The position numbers and the translations under genes were made by a program. A DNA stretch of 64,000 bases from the human T2T-CHM13v2.0 reference genome, Homo sapiens: assembly GCF_009914755.1 (NCBI RefSeq), contig NC_060943.1; one strand, written 5' to 3'. The notes under the pieces are model-generated. The model made no database searches. It was not told where the DNA came from and saw nothing but the letters and a program-made list of their open reading frames with translations. Of the stretch, positions 23,701 to 36,700 are shown piece after piece. The first letter of the stretch is position 1, and each line of letters begins with the position of its first letter.

Positions 23701-26365
23701 TTCCGAGTGCATTGAGGCCTATGGTGATAAAGGAAATATCTTAAGATTAAAACTAGAAAGAAGCTTTCTCAGAAACTACTTTGTGAATTGTACATTCTTA
23801 TCACAGAGTTAAACTTTTATTTTGATTGAGCAATCTAGAAGACCTGTTTTTGTAAAATCTACAAAGAGTTGTATGGGAGGGCCTAGAGGCTTATGGTGAA
23901 AAAGGAAATAACTTCAGAGGAAAACTAGAAAGAAGTTTTCTGGGAAACTGCTTTTTGATGTGTGCATTTATCTCACAGAGTTAAACCTTTCTTTTGATTG
24001 AGCATTTGGCAACTCCATTTTTGTATAATCTAGAAGGGATATTTGGGAGCACTTTGAGGCCTATTTTCCAAAAGAAATATCTTCAGGTAAATACTAGGGA
24101 GATATTTGCTGGGAAACGGCTTTGTGATTTGTGCATTCATCTCAAGGAGTTAAATGGCTTTGGGATGTGTGCCTTCTTCTCAAAGAGATAAACTTTTCTT
24201 TTCATGGAGCTGTCTGGAAACACAGATTTTGTAGACCCTACAAGGATTATATGGGAGCACATTTAGGCCTGTGGTGAAAAAGGAAATATCTTCAGAGAAA
24301 AACTAGAAAGAAGCATTCTGAGAAACTGCTTTGTGATGTGTGCATTCATGTTACATAGTTAAAACTTTCTTTTGATTGAATAGTTTGGAAATACTGTTTT
24401 TGTATATTCTGCGAAGGGATATGTGGGATTGTATTGAGGCCTAAGGTGAAAAAGGAATATTTTAAGAGAAAAACTTGGAAGAAACTTTCTGAGAAACTGC
24501 TTTGTGAAGAGTGCTTTCTTCTCACAGAGTTAAACCTTTCTTTTGATTGAGCAGTTTGGAAACACTCTTTTGGTAGAATCTGCGAAGGAATATTTGGGAG
24601 CACTTTGAGGCCTATTGTGATAAATGAAATATCTTCAGATAAAAAGTAGAAAGAAGCCTCTATGAAAATGCTTTGTGATGTGTGCATTCACCTCATAGAG
24701 TTAAACCTTTCTTTTTATTGAGAAATTTTGAAATACTCTTTTGATACAATCTGTGAAGGGATATTTGGGAGTGCATTGAGGCCTACAGTGAAAAAGGAAA
24801 TATCTTCAGATAAAATCTAGAAAGAAGCTTTTTGAGAAACTCCTTTCTGATGAATGCATTCATCTCATCGAGTTAAACCTTTCTTTTAAGTGAGCAGTTT
24901 GGAAGCAACATTTTGGTGTAATCAGCCAAGGGATAATTGGGAGCACATTGAGGACTTAGGTGATAAAGAAATATCTTCAAAGAAAAACTGCTTTGTGATC
25001 TGTGCATTCACCTCACAGAGTTAAACCTTTATTTTCATTGAGCAGTTTGGGAACAGTGTTTGGTAGAATGTGTGAAGGGATATTTGGGAGTGCTTTGAGG
25101 CCTATGGTGAAAAAGGAAATATCTTCACATAAAACTAAAAAGAAGCTTTCTCAGAAACTGCTTCTCATTCTTCTTACAGAGTTAAACCTTTCTTTTGATT
25201 GTGCAGTTTGGAATCACTGTTTTTGAAATATCTGCAAAAGGATATTTTGGTGTGCATTGAGGTCAATTGTTAAAAAGGAAATATCTTCAGATAAAAACTA
25301 GAAAGAAGTTACTCAGAAATCACTTTGTGATATGTGCATTCTTCTCACAGAGTTAAACTTTCTTTTGATTGAGCAATTTGGTAACAGTGTTTTTGGAGAT
25401 TCTGAGAAGAGATATTTTGAAGAGCTTTGAGTCCTATGGTGAAAAAGGAGATATCCTCAGATAATAACTAGAAAGAAGATTCCTGGAAATTGCTTTGTGA
25501 TGTGTACATTCATCTCACAGAGTTAAACCATTATTTTGATTGAGCAGCTTGTAAACAGTGTTTATGTAAAATCTACCAAGGGATATTTGGGAGCACTTTG
25601 AGGCCTACAGTGAAAAAGGAAATATCTTCAGAAAAAAAACTAGAAAGAAGCATTCTGAGAAACTGCTTTGTGATGTGTGCATTCAACATATGGAATTAAA
25701 ACTTTCTTTTGTTTGAGCTGTTTGGAAACACTATTTTTGTAGAGTCTGAGAAGGGACTTTTTGGAGCACTTTGAGGCTTATGGTGAAAAAGGAAATATCT
25801 TCAGCTAAATACTAGAAAGAAACTTTCTCAGAAACTGCTTTGTGATGTGTGCATTCTTCTCACAGAGTTAAACCTTTCTTTTGATTCAGCAGTTTGGAAA
25901 CACTGTTTTTGCGAATCTGCAAATGGATATTGGGAGAGCATTGAAGCCTAGGTTGAAAAAGAAAATATCTTCAGAAAAAAACAAGAAGGAAGCTTTCCAA
26001 AAAAGTGCTTTGTGATGTTCGCATTCATCTCACAGACTTAAACCTTTCTTTTGATTGAGCACTTTGGCAACAGTGTTTTTGTAGTTTCTGAGCAGGGATA
26101 CTTGGGAGTGCTTTGAGGTAAATGGTGAAAAAAAGAAATATCTTCAGATAAAAACTAAAAGGAATCTTTCTGAGAAATTGCTTTGTGATGAGTGCATTCA
26201 TCTCACAGAGTTTAAACTTTCTTTTGATTGAGCAATTTGGCAACACTGTTTGTGTAAAATCTGTGAAGGGATATTTGAGAGTGCATTGAGGCCTATTGTG
26301 AAAAAGGAAACATCAGAGAAAAAACTAGAAACAAGCTTTCTGGACACTGTTTTGTGATATGTGCT
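11755..26365 (+). repeat. Divergent monomeric alpha satellite, layer A
   Basis: Same 172-bp unit and diagnostic words, resuming in register after the L1. Confidence 0.98.
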
Positions 26366-26606
26366 TTCCCAATGCTGTGAACATCTGCTTCTCTAGGATA
26401 GGAATATTGATTATGTGAAACCTCCCTAAATGCACGCTTGTTTATAGGCTCTCTGCAGGGGGAAACACATCATGTGTTGTTGGCTTATTCTGGCATCCCA
26501 ACCTGGCATTGTCTTTACACAATCCAACATGCAATTTTGTATTTACAATAATCAGGAGCATTTCATCTTTTATCCTGTAGCAATAGTTTCAGGGGTTCCC
26601 CCTACA
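26366..26606 (-). mobile_element. Truncated ERV LTR, 5' ~240 bp only; HERV-K class, MER11D (HML-7)-like
   Basis: Non-satellite island. The minus strand begins TGTAGGGGGAACCCCTGAAACTATTGCTACAGGATAAAAGATGAAATGCTCCTGATTATTGTAAATAC with an intact LTR-type TG terminus at 26606. The other end is fused abruptly to satellite. Family name is from memory. Confidence 0.75.
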
Positions 26607-27200
26607 CATTTGGAAGCCCATAAAGGCATATGGCAAGAAACCGAATATCTCCAGATAAAAGCTAGAAAGAAGGTACCTGTGAAAGTGTCTTGTGTTGTGT
26701 GGATTCATATCACAGAGTTAAACATTTCTTTGCATGTAGCAGTTTTGGAGCACTCTTTAGGTAGAATCAGTGAAGAAATATTTGGGGCCATGGAAGCCTA
26801 TAATGAAAACCTGAACATCCCCAGATAAAAACTAGGATGAAGCTGTCTGTGAAACTTCTTAGTGATGTGTGAATTCATCTCACAGAATTAAACATTTGAT
26901 TTCATACAGCAGATTTGAAACACTTGTTGGATAGAATCTGCGAAGAGGCATTTGGAAACCCATAGAGGCCTAGGGTGAATAACCAAATAACCACAGATAA
27001 AAATTAGATATAAGCTATCTGTGAAACTGCATTGTGATGTGTGGATTCACCTCACACAGTTAAACATTTGTTTTGATCTGGCATGTTAAAAACACTTTTT
27101 TTTCTAGGATCTGTGAATGAAAGATTTGGAGTCCATTGAAGCCTATGGGGAAAAAATGAATATTACCAGATAAAAACTAGAAAGAAGCTATCTGTGAAAC
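26607..27200 (+). repeat. Monomeric alpha satellite, layer B
   Basis: GTGGATTCA, AAGCTATCTGTGAAAC, CATTTGGAAGCCC and ACCGAATATC variants replace the layer A words. Confidence 0.95.
26911..27200 (+). repeat. ~290-bp direct repeat, left copy (right copy 30797-31084), flanking the provirus
   Basis: AGATTTGAAACAC(T/G)TGTTGGATAGAATC-type start through ...ATATTACCAGATAAAAACTAGAAAGAA(G/A)CTATCTGTGAAAC in both copies; about 22 differences in ~290 bp by hand alignment. Confidence 0.93.
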
Positions 27201-28264
27201 TGTTGAAGGAAGTCAGAGACCCCAAACAGAGGGAGCAGCTGAAGCCATGGCAGAAGAAGGTGGATTGTGAAGATTTTATGAACATTTATTAGTTCCCCAA
27301 ATTAATAACTTTATAATTTTTTATGCCTGTCTTTACTTCAATCTCTAAACATAAATCGTAAAGATTTCTTGGACATTTATCACTTCCCCAATCAATATCC
27401 TTGTGATTACCTATGCCTGTCTTTACTTCAATCTCTTAATCCTGTCAGCTGAGGAGGATGTGTGTCCCCTCAGAACCCTATGATAATTGCATTAACTGCA
27501 CAAATTGTAGAGCATGTGTATTTGAACTGTAAGAAATCTGGGCACCTTGGAAAAAGAACAGGATAACAGCAATGTTTAGGAAACAAGAGAGATAACCTTA
27601 AACTCTGATCACCAGTGAGCCAGGTGGAACAGGGCCATATTTCTCTTCTTTCAAAAACAAACGGGAGACATATCACTGAATTCTTTTTCTCAGCAAGGAA
27701 CATCCCTGGGAAAGAGAATACACACCTGGGGGTAGGTCTACAGACGGCCCCCCTGGGTGTGGTCGTCTTTTATGGTCAGTAGACTGTTGGGATGAAATAG
27801 AACCCAGTCTCCCATAGTGCTCCCAGGCTTATTAGGAAGAAGAAAGTCCCACCTAATAAATTTTGGTCAGACCGGTTGCTCTCAAAACTCTGTTTCCTGA
27901 TAAGATGTTATCAATGACAGTGGTGCCCAAAACTTCATTAGCAATTTTAATTTTGCCCCAGTCCTGTGGTCCTGTGATTTCACCCTGCCTCCATTTGCCT
28001 TGTGATATTCTATTACCTTGTGAACTACTTGATGTCTGTGACCCACACCCTATTCCTATACTCCCCTTTTGAAACTCCCTAATAAAAACTTGCTGGTTTT
28101 ACGGCTTGTGGAGTATCACAGAACCTACCAACATGTGATGTTTCCCCCGGACACCCAGCTTTAAAATTTCTCTCTTTTGTACTCTGTCCCTTTATTCTCA
28201 AATGGCCAATGCTTAGGGAAAATAGAAAAGAACCTACATGACTATCTGGGCAGGTTCACCGGTA
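27201..28264 (+). mobile_element. MER11 (B/C-like) 5' LTR, ~1.06 kb
   Basis: Starts TGTTGAAGGAAGTCAGAGACCCCAAACAGAGGGAGCAGCTGAAGCCATGGCAGAAG. Internal ~90-bp U3 duplication at ~27267-27436; AATAAA at 28081; ends ...GGCAGGTTCACCGGTA just before the PBS. Confidence 0.9.
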
Positions 28265-28266
28265 TC

Positions 28267-28284
28267 TGGTGCCCATGTAGTCTT
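28267..28284 (+). promoter_or_regulatory. Degenerate primer binding site (tRNA-Lys type)
   Basis: TGGTGCCCATGTAG two bases after the LTR end, a CpG-decayed form of the HERV-K TGGCGCCC... PBS. Confidence 0.75.
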
Positions 28285-28419
28285 TCTTTTTTCTTAAGTG
28301 CATGAGGGAGCCCAATTCCCTTTGGTAGGTGTGGTGAAACGTCATCAGCTTGGTCCACAGATACACGTGTTTGACTCCCTGATGAGTGGTGAGTAGTCTG
28401 TGTATGGTCTGGGTTAACT

Positions 28420-30340
28420 ATGAGTCATGTGGAGTCTATGCATCATACTTATCTCTACTATACTAAACTCCTGTTAAAACAGGGCGGTATTTGAGTGCCT
28501 ATGGAAAATATGGTCACTCTATTCAGGGCAGTAGAAAAATACTGTCCTTGGTTTCCTGAAAAAGAAACCTTAGGTGTAGAACTATGGGATCATGTTGGTA
28601 CAACATTCAGGGAACTGGTCTCCACAGGGAATTATGTTCCCATCACTGTTTCGGGTGACTGGACCTTGGTATGTGCTGTCCTGATGACATACCAATCCTG
28701 TGGCCCCTTACAGTTACCACAATTTTCTGAATCTGATGATCCTCCACATTTTCCTCAGCCTTACTCTCCTGCACAGCTTTCATTATCTGAACAGCCTCTC
28801 TCTCCAGCTACTCCTCCCCTACCTGACAATGTAGGGAATTCAATGTCTAACTCCGGTAACTTTGACTTATGGTCACCCCTTGATGATCTTATTTCTTTTC
28901 ATGAAGAGCCAGTACGTGTAACTCCTGTGGCCCTGACTCACACAGCCAGGATCCTATATATGCTAATCCTTCTCTTCTCAAACCTCCAGATCACCTAGTG
29001 GCTCTGGGACCAAACTACCAAACTACACTTTACCTATAATTCTGCAGGCCCTGCCCCATCCACTTCAGCCCCTCAACCTCCTGTCATTTTGGTTCCTCAA
29101 CTGGTCACTTTACTGTCCACTCAGCCTGCTTCTCTGTACTCTTCTTCACATGTGAACACCAGTAATCACCAGTATACTTCTGCTCCTCCAATGCCCCTTT
29201 CTCACACTCTCATTCTGGTCCAACCCTCTCACCCTCAGTTTCCCTTATCTACACATGCTTTTCCTGTCACTTCTATGCCGACTCCGTCTCAGATGCCTAC
29301 TCATGAAACTTCAATGCAATGCTTATTACGCCAAAACAAAGAAACAAGTGGATTAGATACATGGACTTATCTGGTCATGCTAGGCCCACCTAACTTCCAA
29401 GGGTTACAAATGCATCATTATGTACCTCTTACTCTTACATTTTTTTAAGAATTTAAGGATGCTTGTTCAAGTATGGTCCTACTTCTCCTTATGTTAAAAT
29501 GGTTTTACAAACTTTTTGTACTGAGTTCACTTTACTTCCTTTTGATTGGGACCTGTTGGCAAAAGCTGTTCTAACCCCAGCTCATCATTTACAATTCTGT
29601 ATCTGGTGGTCAGAGGAGGCCCTTTTGCAGACTCAGCTAAATTGGAGTAATGGCATTCTAATTACTCAGGCTCAGCTCACAGGCTCCAATAGTTTCTCTG
29701 ATGCTTATGCCCAATTAAACTTTGATGCCCTTACCACAGAACAAGTAACAAAGGTGTATATGAGAGTTTGAGATAAATTATGCACTCCAGGCCAAGCTTC
29801 TGTTTCTTTTACCATGGTTAAACAAGGTCACTCTGAATTATACCCTGATTTTTTAGCTAAATTACAAGATGCTGTTGAAAAATCTGTCTCTGATGAGCAT
29901 GCTCAAGGCATTCTCCTTCGTATGTTAGCTTTTGAAAATGCAAACCGTGAATGTAAAATGGCCATGCGTTCTGTGTAATGACAAAATTTACCTGATCACG
30001 AGGTGTTGCTAGCATGTATTAAAGCTTGTGAAGGCATTGGATCAGACACCCACAAAGCTATTCTGTGGGCATGGGCCATGAAGGACATCAACCAAACTGG
30101 TCCCACTAATTCTTCTCTTGCAGCATGCTATAATTGTGGCCAACTTGGTCATATTCGAAAAATTTGTGCTGTTAAAAACTTACAAGTGGCCAAGCTGGTT
30201 CAACAAACACAGACAAATCCTGCTCCTATTGTTTGTCCACGTTGTCACAAAGGTAAACATTGGCAAATATTTGTCACTCTAAGTATGATATAGATGGAAA
30301 CCCTCTACCACAATGTCAGGGAAATTGGGAGCAGGGCTGA
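28420..30340 (+). pseudogene. gag: HERV-K (HML-8) gag, multiply disrupted
   Basis: ATG at 28420 (MSHVES..., myristoylation Gly lost) is in frame with ORF 28495 (matrix YCPWFPEK). Capsid KYGPTSPYVK / DWDLLAKAVL; MHR-like stretch at ~29815-29870; nucleocapsid CYNCGQLGHIRKIC and CPRCHKGKH. Stops and frameshifts throughout. The 3' end is approximate. Confidence 0.92.
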
Positions 30341-30492
30341 TCCCAGGCCCTGACATCAAATGGGACACTTCCAACTCAGACCAATGTTGTGTTTCCACTT
30401 CTGGTGGTCCCAACGCAACCTGCAGCACAAACAAATCTACCTACAGCCAAACCATATGGGTCCCAGCCTCTTCTTCTGTCTCCGTACAATGA

Positions 30493-30796
30493 TTGTCCAT
30501 CTCCATATTAAAAGGTGGGGCAGTGAATCTCTGTAGTACTATTCCTCTGAATTTACTTCCTGATTCTTTGCCCTTGGTTGTCCCCACGGGGGTCACTGGC
30601 CCTTTACTTCAAGGTTCGGTGGGCCTGGTGTTAGGTAGGGCATCCACCACTGCTAAAGGAATCACCATTCATACTGGTCTCATTAATTCTGATTCTGTTG
30701 ATGAGATTAAATTAATCATTTCTGCCAAGGTTTCTGTTTCCATTCCAGCCAGTGAGTCAGTTGCTCAATTGCTTTTACTACCTAATATCATTTTAA
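30493..30796 (+). pseudogene. pro: Betaretroviral dUTPase domain of pro, truncated before the protease
   Basis: VPTGVTGPL, GLVLGRAS, GLINSD and VAQLLLLP are degenerate dUTPase motifs. A GGGAAAT slippery-like site lies upstream at ~30319-30325. Confidence 0.88.
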
Positions 30797-33700
30797 AGAT
30801 TTGAAACACTGGTTGGATAGAATCTGCAAAGGGACATTTGGAAACCCATAGAGGCCTAGGGTGAATAACAAAATAACCACAGATAAAAACTAGAAATAAG
30901 CTGTCTGTGAAACTGCATTGTGATGTGTGGATTCACCTCACACAATTAAACATTTATTTTGATACAGCATGTTAAAAACACTCTTTTCTAGAATCTGTAA
31001 AGGAAAGATTTGGAGCCCATTGAGGCCTATGGGGAAAAAACGAATATTACCAGATAAAAACTAGAAAGAAACTATCTGTGAAACTGCTTTGAGATGTGTG
31101 GATTCTTCTTACAGTTTTAAAACTTTCTTTTGATGCAGTTGGTTGGAAACACTTTTTTGGTAGAATCTGAGAAGGGACATTTGCAAACCCATTGAGGATA
31201 TGGTGAAAAACTGAATATCCCAACATAAAAACTAGAAAGAAACCGTTAATGAAACTGCTTGGTGATGGGTGGATTCACCTCACAAAGGTTAACCTTTTTT
31301 TTTTATTCAGCAGGTTGGAAACACTCGTTTTGTAGAACCTGCAAAAGGACATTTGGGAGTCCACTGAGGTCTATGTTGAAAAATGGAATATCGCCAGATA
31401 AAACTAGAAAGAGGTTATCAATGAAACTGTATTGTGATGTGTCGATTCTTCTCACAAAGTTAAGCATTTCTTTTGATTCAGCAGCTTGGAAACACTTTTT
31501 GTAGAAGCTGCAAAGGGACATTTGAGAGCCCATAGAGGTCTATGGTGAATAACCAAATATCTTGAGGTGAAAACTAGAAAGATGCTATCTGTGAAACTGC
31601 TTTGTGATATGTGGATTCATCTCAAAAAGTTAAACATTTCTTCTGATTCAGCAGGTTGCAAACACTTTTTTTGTAAAATCAGTGAAGGGACTTCTGGAGC
31701 CCTTTGAGGCCTACTGTAATAAACCAAATATTTCCATAAAAAAATAAGAGAGAAACTATCTGTAAAACTGCTTTGTGATGTGCTTATTCATCTCACAGAG
31801 TTACACCTTTCTTTTGATACTGCAGCATTGAAATACACTTTAGTATTCACCAATCTGTGAATGGACATTTTGGAGCCCTTAGAGGCCTATGGTGAAAACC
31901 CAAATATATCCAGATAAAAACTTCAAAGAAGCTATCTGTGAAAATTCTTTGTGATGTGAGGATTCATCTCACAGAGCTAAAACTTTCTTTTTCTTCAGAA
32001 GTTTGGAAACATTATTTTGGTAAAATCTGTGAAGGGACACTTGGGAGCCCATTCTGAAAAATTGAATATCCCCAGAAAAAAAAAACCCAAAAATCTATCT
32101 TTGAAAATGCTTTGTCATGTGTGGATTCATCTCAAAGAGATAAACCTTTTTCTAATTCAGCATGTTGGAAATGCTCTTTGGATAGAATTACAAAGGGAAA
32201 GTTTGGAGCATATAAAGGCCTATATAGTGGTGAAAACTTAATATCCCCAGATAAAAACTACAAGGAAGCTATCATTGAAAGTGCTTTGTGATGTGTGGAT
32301 TCAACTCACAAAATTAAACTTTTCTTTTTGATTCAGGAGTTTGCAAATACTTCCTTTCCAGAGTCTGGGAAGGGATATTTGAGAGCCCATTGATGCCTAT
32401 GGTGAGAAACTGAATATCAACAGATAAAAACTAGTTAGAAGCTATCTGTGAAACTGCTTTGTACTGTGTGGATTCATCTTACAGAGTTAAACATACGTTT
32501 TGATTCTGGAGGTTGGAAAGACACTTCAGGTAGAATCTGCGAAGGGACATTTGGGAGCCCATTGACGCTGATGGTTTAAAACTGAATATTCCAAGGTAAA
32601 AACTATAAAAAACAATCTTTGAAACTGCATTGAGATGCGTGGATTCATCTCAGAGTTCAACTTTTCTTTTGATTCAGCAGGCTGCATACACTTTTTTGGT
32701 ATAATCTGTGCAGGGACATTTGGGAGCCCTTTCACACCTGTCATGAAAAGCCAAATAATCCCAAATAAAAACTAGACAGAAACTACCTATGAAACTGTAT
32801 TGTGGTGTGTGGATTCATCTCATTAATTTAAACCTTTCTTTTGATGCTGCAGATTGAAAAACTCTTTTGGAAGAATCTGCAAAGGGACATTTGGAAGCCC
32901 ATAGAAGATGATTGACAAAAACCAAATATTCCAAGATGAAAACTAGAAACAAGCTATATTTAAAGCTGTATTGTGATGAGCAGCTTCATCTCACAGAGTC
33001 AAACCTTTCTTTGGAAACAGCAGGATGGAAACTCTCTTTTTGTAGAATCTTCAAGGGACATTTGGGAGCCCTTTTAGGCCTATGGTGAAAAACCAAATAT
33101 CCCCAGATAAAAACTAGAAACAAGCTATCTGTGAAACTGCTTTGTGATGTGTGGATTCATGTCACAGATTTCAACCTTTCTTTTCATTGAGCGAGCTGAA
33201 AACACTCTTTTTTTTTTTTTTTGGAATCTGCAAAGGGAAACATGGGAGCCCATAAAGGCCTGTGGTGAAAAACTGAATATCCCCAGATGAAAACTAGAAA
33301 CAAGCTGTCTGTGAAACTGCATTGTGATGTGTGATTTATCTCCCATAGTTAAACATTTCTTTTGATTCAGCAGGTTGCAAACACTGTTTTAGTAGAATCT
33401 GTCAAGGTATATTTGGGAGCCTATTCAGGCCTATGGTGAAAAACCGAATACTTTCAGAAAAAATTCTGAAAGAAGCTATCTGTGAAACTGCTTTTTGATG
33501 TGTGGATTCATCTCACAGAGTTAAACATTTCTTTAGATACAGCAGTTTTGAAATATTCTTTAAATAGAATCTGTGAAGAGACGTTTTTAAGCCCCTATAG
33601 GCCTAAGTTGAAAAACAGAATATTGCCAGATAAAAACTAGAAGAAGCTATCTGTGAAACTGCTTTGTGATGTACGGATTCATCTCACAGAATTAAACCTT

Positions 33701-36700
33701 TCTTTTGATTCAGCAGCTTGGAAATACTTTTTTGGCACAATTTGCCAAGGTACATATGGGAGCCCTTTGAAGCCTATGGTGAAATACCGAATATCTCCGG
33801 ATAAAAACTAGAATGAAGTTATCTGTAATAATAGTTTCTGACGTGTGGATTCTTTGCAGAGTTTAAAGTTTATTTGATTCAGCAGGTTGCAAACACTCCT
33901 TTGCTAGAATCTGCAGAGGGACATTCCAAGTCTACTGTAGCCTATGGAGTAAAACAGAATATCCCAGGATAAAAACTAGAAAGAAGCTATATGTTAAACT
34001 GCTTTGTGATGTGTGGATTCATCTCACAGAGTTAAAGGTATCCTTTGCTTAAGTAGCTTGCAAACACTCCTTTTGTAGGATCTGCCAAGGGACATTTGGT
34101 AGTACTTTGAGAACTGTAGTAAAAAACCGAATATCCTCAGATAACAACAGGAAAGCAGCTATAGTTACAACTGCCTTGTGGTGAACGCATTCATCTCACA
34201 CAGTTAAACCTTTCTTTTGATTTAGCTGTGGTTGAAAACACTCTTTTTGTAGAATCTGAGAAGGGATCTCAGGGAGCCCATTGAGGCCTTTGGTGAAAAA
34301 CAAAATATCCCCAGAATAAAATTAGAAAGAAGCTATCTGTGCAATTGCTTTGTGATGTGTGGATTCATCTCACAGTTTTAAAACTTTCCTCTGATTTAAC
34401 GGCTGGAAACCCTATTTTTGTAGAATCTGCAAAGGGATATTTGAAGTCCCTTTGAGGCCTCTTGTGAAAAACTGATTATCCCCAGATAAAAACAAGAAAG
34501 AAGCTATCTGTGAAACCACTTTGTGATGTGTGGATTCATCTCACAGAGTTAAACCTTTCTTTTAATTCACCTATTTGCATACACTCCTTTTGTAGAATCT
34601 GTGAATGAATAGTTGGGAGCCCATTTCAGCCTATGGTGAAAGTTAAAATATCCCCAGGTAAAAACTAGAAAGAAGTTAACTGTGAGACTGCTTTGTGATA
34701 TGGGAATTCATGTCACAGAGTTAAACCTTTGTTTTGACTGAGCATGTTGGAAATAATCTTTTGGCAGAATCTGTTGAGGTACATTAGGGAGCCCTTTGCA
34801 GGTTATGGTGAAAAACAAAATATTCCCAGATAAAAAGTTGGAAGAAGCTATCTGTGAAACTGCTTTGTGATGTGTGGATTCATCTCACAGAGTTAAACCT
34901 ATCTTTGATTCAGCAGTATGAAACACTCTTTCACAGAATCTGCGAAAAGACATTAGAAGGCGAATGAAGCATACAGTGAAAAACCGAACATCCCCAGATA
35001 AAAACTAGAAAAGAGCAATCTGTGAAACTGCTTTGTGAAGGGTGGATGCATCTCACAGAGTTATACCATTCCTTTGGTTGGGTAGGTTGCAAATACTTCT
35101 TTTGTAGAATCTGCAAGGGACATTCAGGAGCCCATCGAGGACTATGGTGAAAAACAAATTTCCCCAGATAAAAATTCGAAAGAAACTATCTGTGAAACTA
35201 CTTTGTGATGTGTGGATTCATCTCAAAGAGTTAAACCCTTCTTTAGTTTCAGCAGGTTGGAAACACTCGTTCTGTAGAATCTGCAAAGGGACATTTGTGA
35301 GTCAATTGAGCCTTATGATGAAAAACCGAATATACGCAGATAAAAACTGGAAAGAAGCTATCTGCGAACCTGCTTTATGATGTGTGGATTCAACTCACAG
35401 TGTTAAACCTTTCTTTTCATTCAGCAGCTTGCAAATACTCTTTTTGTAGTATCTGAAAAGGGACACTTAGGAGCCCTTTGAAGACTGTAGTGAACAACTT
35501 AATATCTTCACATAAAAACCAGAAAGATGCTATCCGTGAAACTGCTTTTTTGATGAGTGGATTCGTCTCACAGAGTTAAACCTTTCCTTTGATTCAGCAG
35601 GTTGGAAGCACTCATTTTGTAGAATCTGCAAAAAGATATTTTGAAGCCCATTGTGGCATATAGTGAAAAACCCAATATCCCCAGATAAAAACTAGAAAGA
35701 AGCTCTTTGTGAACTGCTTTGTGATGTGTGGATTCATCTCACAGAGGTAAGCCTTTCTTTCAATTTACCGTGTTGGAAACACTCTTTTGGTAAAATCTGC
35801 AAAGGGATATTTGGGAGCCTTTTGTGGCCTATCGTGAAAAACCAAATGTCCACAGGTAAAAACACTCATTTTGTATAATATGCTAAGTGATATTTGGAAG
35901 CCCATTGAGGCCTATGGTGAAAGAGAGAATATCACCAGGTATCTGTGAACTGCTTTGTGACGTCTGGATTCATCTCAAAGAGCTACAACTTTCCTTAATA
36001 CAGTGTGTTGGAAACACTCTTTTCGTAGAATCTGCAAAGCCCTTTGAGGCCTATGGTGAAAAACCAAATGTCCACAAATAAAAACTAGAAAGGAGCTATC
36101 TGTGAAATTGCTTTGTGACGTGTAGATTTCTCTCACCAAGTTAAAGCTTTCTTTTGATACAGCAGGATTGAAACACTCTTTAGCTAGAATTTGTGAAGGG
36201 ACATTTGAAAGCCCATAGAAGCCATTGTTGAAAAACAGAATATCCCCAGATAAAAACCAGAAATAAGCTATCTGTGAACCTGCTTTTTTATGTGTGGAAT
36301 CATCTCAGAGAGTTAAACCTCTCTTTTGATTCAGCAGGTTGTAAACATCTGCTAGTATCTGAGAAAGGACGTTTGTGAGCCCAATGTAGCACACTGTGAA
36401 AAATTGAATATTCAAAGATAAAAGCTAGAAAGAAGCTTTTAGTGAAACTACTTAGTAATGTGTGGATTCTACTCACAGAGTGAAACTTTTCTATTGTTCA
36501 GCAGTTTGGAAACACTCGTTTGGTAAAATCAGGAAATTGACATGTGGGAGCCCATTGAGACCTATGGTGAAAAACCGTATACTCCCAGATAAAAACAATA
36601 AAGAAGCTACCTGTGAAACTGCTCTGTGATGTGTGGATTCATCTCACAGAGTCAAACATCTATTTTGATTAAGCAGTTTGGAAACACTTGTTTGGCAGGA

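Larger units (their letters stand above)
27201..30796 (+). mobile_element. 3'-truncated HERV-K11 (HML-8) provirus: 5' LTR, PBS, gag and start of dUTPase-pro; no pol, env or 3' LTR
   Basis: MER11-type LTR, tRNA-Lys-like PBS, betaretroviral Gag with two zinc knuckles, and dUTPase motifs, followed by an abrupt return to satellite. Confidence 0.92.

Noticed and set aside
26472-26828. 118-aa ORF with a hydrophobic N-terminus
   Set aside because: Chance read-through from antisense LTR into satellite.
27267-27436. ~90-bp tandem duplication in the LTR
   Set aside because: As I recall it is a standard feature of MER11 U3 regions, so not locus-specific.
28420-30804. Domesticated gag or dUTPase gene
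   Set aside because: Early stop at 28492, several frameshifts, lost myristoylation Gly, a broken second zinc knuckle and degenerate dUTPase motifs.
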